Shown here one piece after another: positions 37,601-49,600 of a DNA stretch of 64,000 nucleotides (its first letter is position 1; every line of letters starts with the position of its first letter). The notes beneath the pieces are model-generated. The model was not told where the DNA came from and did no database searches. It saw only the letters and a list, made by a program, of their open reading frames with translations. The DNA is taken from contig NC_068981.1 of NCBI RefSeq assembly GCF_001194135.2, forward strand, positions 155,007,043 to 155,071,042, given 5' to 3'. The DNA comes from Octopus bimaculoides. Its lineage: Eukaryota. The position numbers were made by a program, and so were the translations under genes.

Positions 37601-40600
37601 ATCATAATCGGTAAGTTAAAATGTTGGATATTGTTTCCTTGTGTTGAATCTCTCTTGACTCCTGAAAATTTTATTACTTTTTCATGAAATTTCGGGTTTT
37701 AAAGTTCAAAGTTCTTAATTCTTAAACAGGTTTTATTTTATGTGTAAACTACAAACTTAGTATAACTTTCTCTACATTGGAATATATTTACATATATTAT
37801 ATAGTAGCTACAAGTCATTCACTAGTATGAGTAAACAGTTAAATGTAATGCTTATTTATAAAAGCAGTAATTTAGTTATTTATAGTAGTTAGTCTTATAT
37901 TTTTTCTATCTGATGAAAATGTAAAACAAAACAGTTGTACTTTTTTCATGTGTTCTCAATTATATAGATATATTTAAAAACTATTAACTTTGTTTTAATT
38001 TTCTCTCTTATAATTACCATTAGCAAATGTTAAGAAATATTAAAATAAACGAAGCTTACCATCACTACAAAATTTGCTCTAATTATGCAACTGTAATTTC
38101 TGGTTTGACTTAGAATTACATTCGTATTATTTTATTTTTAAGTTCCCATATCTCAATGTTTAAAATATTGAGGAATACTATCTTTTGCCAATAATTACTT
38201 TTTTGTTGAGATTTAAGACCAACTCTGTCAAAAAATTCTTTATATCTCCTATCTGTTGGTTTGTAGTCTATACTAGATTAATATTTAGTGTTTATTTTGT
38301 AATTAGTTAATTGGATTTTTTCATGTTTTTTAATAGAAATAATTGTAAAATATTCCTCTGATCATTCTTTGGAATTTTTATTGGTGATTTCTTGTAATGG
38401 AATTTTTAATTTTTTTAAATTTTTTTTTTGTATAAATAAAATATTTTCTTTTAAATGTTTTCAATAAAGTTTGTTTCAGGAAACAATATTTATCTACAAT
38501 GCTTGGGTCTGCTAAAAGAAGATGCATTATCTGCATGAAATATTTGTGAATGTTTGTGTCATTTTGTGTGTTAAGATTATTTAAATTACAAAAAAGTTTA
38601 TGCTCAGTAAGATAGTGCCTTAAGGTACTGCTAATTCTCTAGTTAACTATTTGACTTGTAATTTTGATCAGATTATTTAGGTATAGTTACTGAAAAACAC
38701 TATATTTCATTTAGGAATTTTATTCTTGGCTTTTTTTTTTTTAACTCAATAGCAACTTAATACTTCTGATACGATTGACTTGCTGTTGATGTTTGTTTAA
38801 TCTGTTTATTATATATTTTGTAACAAATTATATTTGTAGTTTTAAAAAGTAAGGCCTAAAACTTAGTTTCTAAAAATGGTGATTAAATTAGTTATAATAG
38901 TTGAATGAATTTAAAAAGAAAAATTTTTTGATCAAAGATTCTCTATTTGAAAGATTGAAAGTTCAGTTTTTAAAAAAAAATTTTCAAAGCTTAGACTAAT
39001 TAAGGTTTTCTTTTATAATTGCTTAAATTTGCAAAATATTTCACCATTAGTCAATTTTGCTTTACAGCTTAAGTAAACAGTTATGAAAAACTGAAAACAA
39101 AACAATTTTATGTTCTACATGTTTGTATAGGGGGTTGGCATAGGTGTAAAGGAATAGAAAGAAAATTTTAAAGAACTGTTATGTGATTACAAATATGAAG
39201 TGGTTCCACTGAATCAGTGTATCAACACTGGTTTCAAATGTGTATAGATTCTTGCACATATAGTTTGACTGTCCTATCTACTTTTCAAAAATGTAATCAG
39301 TTCTGATGAATTTGAATATAATTATTTTCTCTTTTAAAGACATCCCTAAACTAATACATTACAGCCTTTATGTTTATCTTTTACTCATATTCTATTAGTC
39401 TCCTTTATTTTGGTCATCATTAGCAATTACCTTCACACACTTGTGTTAACACTACATCTTGAATAAAATTAACTTGGTGTCTTTTGTTATTGTCTAAGAC
39501 AGGAGTGTTATAATTATAGAATATTAAATTATCACTACTGTAAAAGTAGTGTTAATTTTATGTTCTTTTATATCTGTAAATTAGTGTTAAATTCTCTTGT
39601 TCCAGTAGACTCCTTGTTAAACATTAAATTGATATTACATCCTAGTAACTCAGATGTTTGTATTTTTTAAAGATTTTTTACATTGTTGTTGTTGTTTGTT
39701 CAACTGGTTTAATTGGCTTGTTTCAATACATGCTTTTTTTAATACTATAAATGAATAGATTTAGATTATTTATTCTCTAGCTGTTTGGTAGGTTACAACA
39801 TCTCTAACTTTGGTAAGAAGCATGTCTAATTGTTGTTAGTGATGCTGTTAGTTTTGCTGTTTACACCTTGGTGCTGCTGTGCTGTCTGACCTGATATTTG
39901 CTAGACAACGCCTGCTTGCGTGGCTTTTTTCTATTAAAATGTAATAGAACTGAAATGACTACAGCTCAAATAGCTAAAATGTAATTCGACAGATTTATTG
40001 TTTGTTATACTCCTCTTTATTCATGTTGATAATAAACCAATATGAAGCATTTAATTTATTAAATGTATAGAATATACAAGTGAAAGTTTGTATACTGATA
40101 GGAATAGTAGGCTTTCTGACATTTTCTCAGAATTCTTCTGGCTTTCAGTGTTGCTATAATTTCTATAATTTAACGGGTTTAATAATGTAAGAAAGAAAGG
40201 TATTTTATTCTATTTATTCTATATAATTCAGTATTAACTTTCATTATTTAATAAGATTACAACCATGATTTGCCAGAATGATGGATCAGTGGACTAGCTT
40301 TCTTGGTAGGTGATACTTTAAAGCATTTTGGGTATAATAATGGGTAAAATGTTTTTTTTTTAATGTTGTAATAAATGTTAATTGTAATTTAAGTTGGTAA
40401 TTTACATATGATATGGAATAGTCAAGCCAGTTACTGGTATTGTAATGTAAATCAAAATAGGAATATTTTTTCATAAAGATACATTCTCAATTAATATTAA
40501 TAAGAAAGAGAACATATTGTGTTGCAATTTCCGGTATTAATGTTGACTGAGAACTATATTTCAGTACTTTTGTCACATATATTTGAAACTTTATTACTAC

Positions 40601-43600
40601 TTTAGAAAAAAAATTATACCAAATATAACTATGAAAGCAAGAAAAAATTTTTGAAATGTCAAAAAGGAATTTATTCTGTGTAATGTGAGCTTCCATAGAT
40701 AGATGACATAGTGTAATTATTTCACTCATTAAAGCTAAGTGTTGTGTTTTTGTAAATCAAGGAAAGTAATTTATTTATTAGCAAAATTTAGGAGACATCA
40801 TGAGAATTAGATCATAGAAATATGTTCAGTTTTCATTCTTGATCTTCAGAAATTAATTCTGTTAAGAAAATGTCCATGTTCAGTATGAGGGGAGAATAGA
40901 CGGTAGCAAGGCAATATTTTGCATGTTGTGCACCTTGAATGTTTGAGTAAATGAATTCAGTTATTTTTATAGTAAAAGTCCAAGTAAAACTAAAAATATA
41001 ATTCAAGGAGTATCCAGGGCTTGAGTTAAAAAAAACTACTAATCTTCATTCAAATGTTAAGTTACATAACCTTTGCATGCTGAAAGTATTTTGTTGTATA
41101 AGAATGAAAATTAAGGACTTTCAGTAACTGAAGAACAAGAAGAAATATAAACATATATACACACAGGTAGATAATTTTAATTTTAAAACAGCTTTTGGTT
41201 CTATAAAGTAAAACTGCCAATGTTAGCATGTTCACATTTAATTTTGTACCTTTCACCATAATCTTATATGAGCTTTGCTTCATGGTGAAAAGTTATTTTA
41301 TTTAATTACTAAAAATTCCTGATTATTTTCAAATTGAAATACATAGTGTATGTCAATGACAAATAAGGTAATGAGAGGGTTAAAAAAAGACAACTGAAAA
41401 TGACTGCCTGTTCTAAATGAGAGTTTATTATACAAGTGAAAGTTGCTAAAATGTTTTACTACTGCCTGGTTTGGTCGCGTGACTGAGTAACTGTCTGAGA
41501 AAATAGCTAGTGTTTGCTTTTAGTGGTAATTATACTAAAGGTAAGTCATGGAATATTTGAAAAATATGACTTAAAAAGTTTGCGTTAAGAATGGAATAAG
41601 TAGGATGTGGTTGTATGACCATTTTATAAAAGTATTTTAAATAATTGTTTCTTTTTTCAAGCTAGATCTTATTCCACAAAATGAGATTATTTGTTTTAAT
41701 TTAAGACAAACTGATTTTACATTGACTAGTTATTTTCATTTCAATTTTTAATTTAAAAAAAAAAATTAACATCAACTTCTTGCATTCAATTTGAAAACAA
41801 AAATGCTATATGGATATGTTTAACACCTTTTTTTTTTTAATCAATTCTTTAAAAGCATAGTTTCTAATATATTTTCTTTCCCTCTCGATTCCCTCTTTCT
41901 ATGGTTCTATCAATGCAGTGAGTTTGTCTTTACAGTACTCTTAGGTTGCACAGCTACAAGTGCCTGGACTTGCAACAACAATATTTAATAATCTGTGGCA
42001 CTGAAAGACTGATTTCTTTTTCAGTCGTTATGCCACTGAAACCGACGACAGTATCATTCTTATTAGGTTTGTCCCACAACATTTATCAATTTGGATTATT
42101 TAGTAATCATAGCCAAAGCTCATAAAAGTAATCTGCTGAAAATTTTATTCTGTTTTATTTTTATATGAAAATATTCTGTTTTCTATTTCTTATACTTTTC
42201 TATTTTCTATTTAGACATTTATTTTTCCTAAAATGTTTTTTTTTTTAATGTTTATTATATGCTACTCTGTATACCAAGAACAATATAGAAAATATGTAAT
42301 TGTATATGTTTATAGACTTTAAGAAAACATGCATTCAAATCTAACTCATATTTGTTGCTCATAGGTGCTGTTTTATTTTTCACTATTTGTTCTAATTAAA
42401 TGGTATATTTAAATATTTTCAATGTGTATTAGAAACTTTAAGGTTTTAGTAGTTTCAAAATGAGTTCATGCTATATTTAAACATAAAAGTTGATCATCTT
42501 AAGGATTTTAACTCATGAAGTTTGAACAGTGCCATTAGGAAGTTTATGCTGGTTTTGCACATAAATATTGTGGTGCCACTTAATCATAGTAACAAGAATG
42601 ATAATTATTTCTTTTGGCAAAATACAAGGCCATGTTTGTGCTCAATGTAATTCATTCAATTTCTTGCCTGTATTTGTTAAACCCATTAAAATTCTAATAA
42701 ATTCAAATATTCAGGTACCATATTACATTGGTATTGTTTCCTATCCTTCATGGGCATAAATCCTGAGATTCTTAAGAAAGGAGGAAATTAAATGTTTTAA
42801 AACATTCAAGAATTGAAATCGAGTCACAGGCTCAGCTGGCCAAAAATTTAACTATACTCAATGATTCTGGCCAAATGATAATGACTATGATGACATGAGA
42901 ACAATGGTGCTGCTGTTTCAAAATTGCAGTGCTACCCTGTAAATAGAATTAAGGAATATATATAAAAAACGAATTTCAAGAATTAATTATTTGAAATTCT
43001 AAATTCATTACGTTGATACGTAATAGCTGCTCTTGATCATCTTCCTCTATATTATTGTTTAAATGTTGGGTGTTTACTTAGTAATTGTATCTGCTTTCAA
43101 TTTTTTTCTGTCATTAGTTGATTGAAAAGTTTGTGGTATATTCTGTATCATTTTTACTGGCCTTTCTGCATGAAAATAATTTCAGTTTGGTAAAGATAAT
43201 CTACATTTTAGCACATAGTGCCATCAGCTGAATATGTCCTGTTACTCACTTTTGATAAAACACTAATATTAATCTTCAAATTAGAAATTGACACATTAGA
43301 TTCTATGTCCTGATTTTTTTTTTTTTTACTTTGGTTAACATATCTACAGCAGATTGTTGGAGCTTTGAGTAAAAGAAACAACCAATACATTGTCTGATAT
43401 TTGTTGATAATGTTATAATTGTCTACATTTGTGTTTGTTATGTTAGTGGCAAGTATCTGTCAGATGTATTATTTTTTTAAAAATAAGTATTGCATAATAA
43501 GTATAACTTATTTTTCTGTTGCTGCTAATGCCAGTTATTAGCATTTCCATTTAGTAAGTAGAACATGATTATATCAAGTCTTACCATTGTAATGTTAAAA

Positions 43601-46600
43601 CAATTGTTATATTATCTTGTAATAAATTAAGAATAGGAAAGTTAAATTTCTTTCAGTAGACCTACCTGTTGTTAGCTTCCTTAAAAATTGGAATAATTAC
43701 AATAAAATGCCATTATATATACTTACAGATATTTCTGTTTTATAAACAGTATTTAAGGTATTCATTTTTTATGAAATTTGGTCTTGTTGGTTGTAAAATA
43801 AAAACTTTTAAAGCTGCATCTTGGTTTCAACAGAACTTTTGTTAAGTTTGCAAAAAAAAAACAAAAAAACTGGAAATCAGTTGGGTAAAAATAAAATTTG
43901 TCATTTAATTTTTTTTTTTTTTTTCATATCAGCTATTTAAAATGAGATAGCTATATTTATTGTAGGTCCTTGTGAAGTTTTATGAATAAGCAGTAATAAT
44001 AGAAATAAATAGCTTAATGTATTGGTGTAATAACCGTTGTTGGTTGGTAGATTTTGAAGTCTTATACTATTCTATGATGTATGAAGATGCTATCAATCTG
44101 TTATTATTGACTTGACAAATAAATTACTCTCTTTATGAAGTGATTTCTGGAAAAAAAAAAAAAAAAACATTATTGTATTACATGGAAGGGATTGACTTTG
44201 ATAATTGGAACAGGTAATTGTCCTTTATCCAGTAATTTTTGCAAGTGTCTCTTGAAAATATTGTGTAGATTAATGCAATACTCATACAAAGGATATGCAG
44301 TTGTACAAACCACACACACATACACAAAATAGCTGATATACAGAGCAACAGAGTTGTCTAGTTTTTCTCTATTACTGTGTGTTCCAGATGCAAAAGATCT
44401 TTTGAATGGCGAAGCATTATGAGACTCAACCAACTTGGGAAAATGAACATAAAATTTATGTCTGTGTGTTTGTATTTAATTTACATATGAGCACAAAACC
44501 ATGATGTTGTCTCATAACATACTTTTGTGTAGCAACTAGACATTTTGATTAAAATTTCCTGTTTCTGCAGGTAAATAAATAATAGAAAGCTGTGGAACAA
44601 TGAAAAATAGAAAATTATCAACAAAATAAGATGTTTAATAGTATGAGGGGAAAAGAACTGAGTATGCATGGTATCCAATTTTATAAAATATTTTGTGCAT
44701 ACTTATTTTTAATAGTCCTTTCCTTATCCTTATATTTTTAAACACCTTGTTTTGTCTGTAATTTTCTGTTTTTGCCTTGTTACTTTTATGTTATTATAGT
44801 TGATTATTAGTGTGGATATGACAACCAAAAAATGAAATTTTAATTTGGCCATTGAGTTATTGATTTCATTTGATTTGTATTTCAACTACAACTCTAACAA
44901 AATAAATTGTTGATAACAAATGAGTATGCATCTGAAATATTAAAGATAGTCCTATTATAGTTTGGGGAATGCTTCGAACAACACCACATTGCTTTCTTAC
45001 ATATTCCATTTAAAATTAATATAATTACTTGAAATATTTGGTTATGGAACAAATGAAAGTAATAAGCATTCAGGTTACAAGAAATGGAGGATTTGGCAGG
45101 GCTTTTCCATTGTGCTTAACTGAATTTCACATTTTATATTAATGTAGATTTTTGAAAACAGGATAATGCATGCAAATTCAGAGTTCTGGCAGTGTAAATA
45201 AATTCAAATACTATTATAGGTATTAACTAAAACAGGTATTAAATAGTGCTTGTTTTATTGGCTATGCATGACTAGGATGACGTTATCAATTTTTATAATT
45301 TCAATGTTTTCATAGCCATTTTTTTAGTTATTTATTGTGACCTTTGTTTGCTATTTGTTTAAAAGGATTTGACCTTATTTGGTATTTTCATCTCAACTAA
45401 AATAAGATTTATCTGTTGAAAATTGACAAAGAAATCTAAAAACATTAACCAAGTGAGTGGTATCACTCTCATGGTAATGGATGTTCATTTGTTAATAAGT
45501 CTGATACTGTCGTTGTTTGACCCTTGTCCTTTTACCATGCAACTTAACTTACCATCATGGCGTTTAACCCTGAAAATTTCATTGCAAGAAACAGCTTTCT
45601 ACATGAAACATTTGAAGTGTGCAGCTCTTATTCTATAACATTAAGCTGGCATTGTGCATGCTGTGGTTTCCAGACATAATTTAATTCCCTTAATGCTATT
45701 TTAAGTCTCAAAAATTTTCCTTTAATTATTGAAATGATTTGAGCTGTTATAAGAATGTCTTAAGATTTGTTCCAGTAATCACTTAATGATTAGAAATTCA
45801 TAAAGTTATTTTGTATCAATTCTTTGTGTCTGGAATATGGTTCAATATCTGTTTAGTAAATCTATGAATGATGATTAACTATACTATATATTATACTTTA
45901 CCATTGTGTTTTCCAGAATAAAAGGAGATTGTTTTATGCTACATTATCTGTAATATCAACAGATCTGTCATATTAGATCTATTTATATTAAAGATAAATT
46001 CTCTCTCAAAAAAAAAAAAAACCCTTTTTTTGGTGATTTGTAAAAGGATAAAGGAATGTATATTGCAGCTTAAAAGAAAAAAATCTGTAGAGTTTGAAGT
46101 GCATTCTTCTGAGATTTTTTTTTTATGTTGAGTTGATTTCTTGCCATAAAATTTAATTTTATCTTAGTCAATTTTCTTACCTACAGAAAATCTAAGATAA
46201 AAGAAAAAAAATTGTTCAATTATTTGTATGCACTAAATGCATACATAAATATTAAATATTTAAGATGGTAAAGTTGCAATTCTTCACTGATTGTTTGTCC
46301 TGTATTCCTGCTGTAGTGGGATGGATTTTTTATGTCCCCCACTAGAGCAGTAAAGGGCTTTAGAAGGGTTAATATATTTGTTTGTCTGTCATGCAGCAGG
46401 CACTCATAAAGTTGTTGCAGTCGTTGCCTCTCGTTCCTCCTCAACAGAATCTTACCATTGTGGCACTTGTATGCTGTGCAACCCAACTGCGTGTCTTCCT
46501 TGCTAGTTAAAGACAGCCCTGTATCTTCTCAGGTAAGTTATTTCCTGCTCTGCAGAAAACTGCAGCCCTTTTATTTCAGCATTATAGTGTACTACAAAGA

Positions 46601-49600
46601 AAACCAGCTGGAAAAAGAATAAAATAATGCAGTCATATTTATATATATTCTCTTCTGCAAAGATTCTTACTGTTTGAAAATGTTCTTCTATCACAGCAGT
46701 ACAGTCACTTAGACAATTCCACTACTTTTTTTTTTTCCGCCCCTTCTTTGTATTAGCTGATATTAAATATTTTATTTTCAAATCACAAAGATGGATAGCT
46801 CTGAAAAGAAGCATTTATCACAATAATACCTTCTATTGAAATAACTGTTTTTAATTCATTTTTATCATCTTTTTTTTTCTATTTTTTTAAGTCTGAAGTT
46901 AGTTTCATCTAGTTACTTTTTAAAAGAATTAATATTGCTTTCATCTAAACGTTGACAAAAACTGAAATATTTATTGGGCTGTTACACCTGCTTTGGTGAA
47001 GTTGAATGTTGGAAGTGAGTTTTAAAAGTGAAATTGTAATTTCTCCTCCCTTATGCTTTAGATGTAGTCTATTGATATGCTAAATTCTAACATTAATTGT
47101 ATCTTTAGGAGATCAAATATAAAGATCTTTGTTTAAGTACTCTGACAGTTTATGCAAAGGACTCAGCAGGTTTTTGGATAAACTATTATTGCAGCATTAA
47201 TATCAGTCTTACTAGAAATATTCTATTGCTATTTGGAGCAATAATTTTGATTTTTCATCTTTATATATATCATACAACTTTTCAAAATTTAAGTACAAGA
47301 AATTTCTTCTTAGACTCCTTAAATTACAAGTCATTATAAACATTTTCATTTAGGAACCAGCCTTGAAACATTTTGAACGGTTTCTATAAACATAAATTTG
47401 TCACTAAAATACATCAGTTTTATATTTGTTACGGTTTATCATTAACTTTATTCAACAGTCTTATTTCACTTCCTCCAAACAAACTACTGAAAATATTGTA
47501 TGTTTAATCAGTTGGTCTCAAGCAGATGACATGTGTGTTTTGCTTGTATGTATGTATTTATGTGAGTGAGTGAAGTGTATAACTGGTGGAATACATTGTT
47601 ATGAGGAGTTTTTAAATTACTAACCTAATCTCAAATTGTACAAAGAAACATTAGAATTATTTCACTAAGTAAGAGTAAAATATTGTTTAAGGACCCTGCA
47701 AATGGAATGGTCAATTTATTCTGGTGTCCACCTGTTAGCTTGATAAACTTAGATTTAAATATTGATGAAATAATTCTTTGAAATAAGGTAAATATTATTT
47801 AGTTTGTTTTTCTGCAACAAAATGCAAAATAATTTGAAAATATCTTTTAATGATGCCTAGGATTTTTTTAAATATGTAAATGGTTTTCATTCTGTTTCAT
47901 TTTAAATGAAGAGATGGAAAATGCATTTAAAGCTCCTAGTTATTGAATACTTGAGAAGTAATGTTTCCTATATCAGTTCTTGTGTAATCACAAATGTTAT
48001 TCTTTACTGCCTCCACCAATAATTTTTACTCTGAACCCTAAAGTAAGCCACGGTGTGATCATTCAACCAGCTAGAAATATCCCCTATATAACATTCTACC
48101 TAAGTAATGAAAGGACACATTAGATAATGTACCCCAAGATAACTTTGATATAGTTGGCATTAGGAATAATATAACGCTATTAAGAGGTTTTGCTCTAAAT
48201 ATTTGATGACTTGCTCGTCTAGAAAAATACCATTCAAAGTAATGAATCTAAGAGCCTGGCTACTTGGCTCATTTTAGGAAAATGACGTTTGAAATCCTTT
48301 CTGTAACATAATTATTTTATAGTAGAATATTATCTTTTTATTTTTTATTTTATTTCTGGCAATAGTCCAGATGAAAAGAGTTGATGTAACATATTAGTGC
48401 TTATTAGGAGAAAAATCAATTCACTTGAAGCGCGTTTTATATTTGATTTTTTTTTTTAGCTATTTTTGCATTAAGTGTTGTAAGAATTATTTGATGGCTA
48501 GGTTGTAGCCGAATAGTAACTACTCAATTACTGGTTTCGATAATTGTTAAGTTTACGAGGTTGTAATGAAATTTGATTAGTGCTTATATTTTTAAATAAA
48601 TGCTTTCAGTTGTTATTTATTAATCATCTCTAATCAAGCAGACTGCTTATGGTAGTGGTTTGATAGCAACAATGGCTAAACATATTAGGTCTACTCTTTT
48701 TTAGTGATAGGGATTGCTGTGTGAATGACTTCTTTGCCTTCAGACTGAAAGAAAGGTGTGGAAGACAAAGCTTTTAGAGTTCTCATTTCATAGCATTACG
48801 ACATACAAATACATAATAATGTATTGTCATTCCATTTGTTCTCTAATGCTAAACAAAGTACTTATTTATTGACTAGATAGATTGAAGACTATTTAATTTG
48901 ACCTGGTATGTGTTGTTTTTGGTCTAAGCAGGTTTTAACGATTTATAAATATTCAATCTTTAGTATCAAGGGCGATAAATATTAGAAATACCAAGAGGAG
49001 TTTTCTCCCTAACTCATAGGATTGGGTCATCCTATAAATAATGTGGCTTTTTCAATTGCATGAAAAGTTGGAGGGGGACAGGATAAACTACCTGCATCAA
49101 CTTGCTATAAAAGCAAGTAGTAATTTTACCTTGTCCTTATTCTTAGTGTAAATTTTGAAGAGCTGTTCGATTTTAACAGTTACTTTTTTAAAGCTATAAT
49201 GGAAGTGACAAAGGTGCATATTCAGCCTATTTTGCTTTATGAGTTCAATAAAGTTAACGCACCAGAAAGTGCAGGGAATATTAATGCAGTATATGGGGAT
49301 TGAACAATAAGTGTAAGCCAGTGTCAATGGTGCTTCCAGAAATTCAGAACCAGAAACTACAGCCTGGCAGATGAGCCTCGTCCTGGAAAATCTGTGGAGT
49401 TTGATGAGGATATCCTGCAAATCTTGGAACAAAATCCTATCATAACTGTTGAGGAACTAGCAGAGTAGCTTGAATTTGGTCGTTCAACCACTGATCAACA
49501 TCTGTGTGTCATTGGAAGAATCAGCAAATTGGATCAGTGGGTTCCTCACAAACTTTCCGAGTCTAATCACATGGAGAGACTGAATGTATGCTCTTCTTTG

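Noticed and set aside
42870-42960. C-box-like ATGATGA in intron 5
   Set aside because: No properly placed CTGA D box and no terminal stem.
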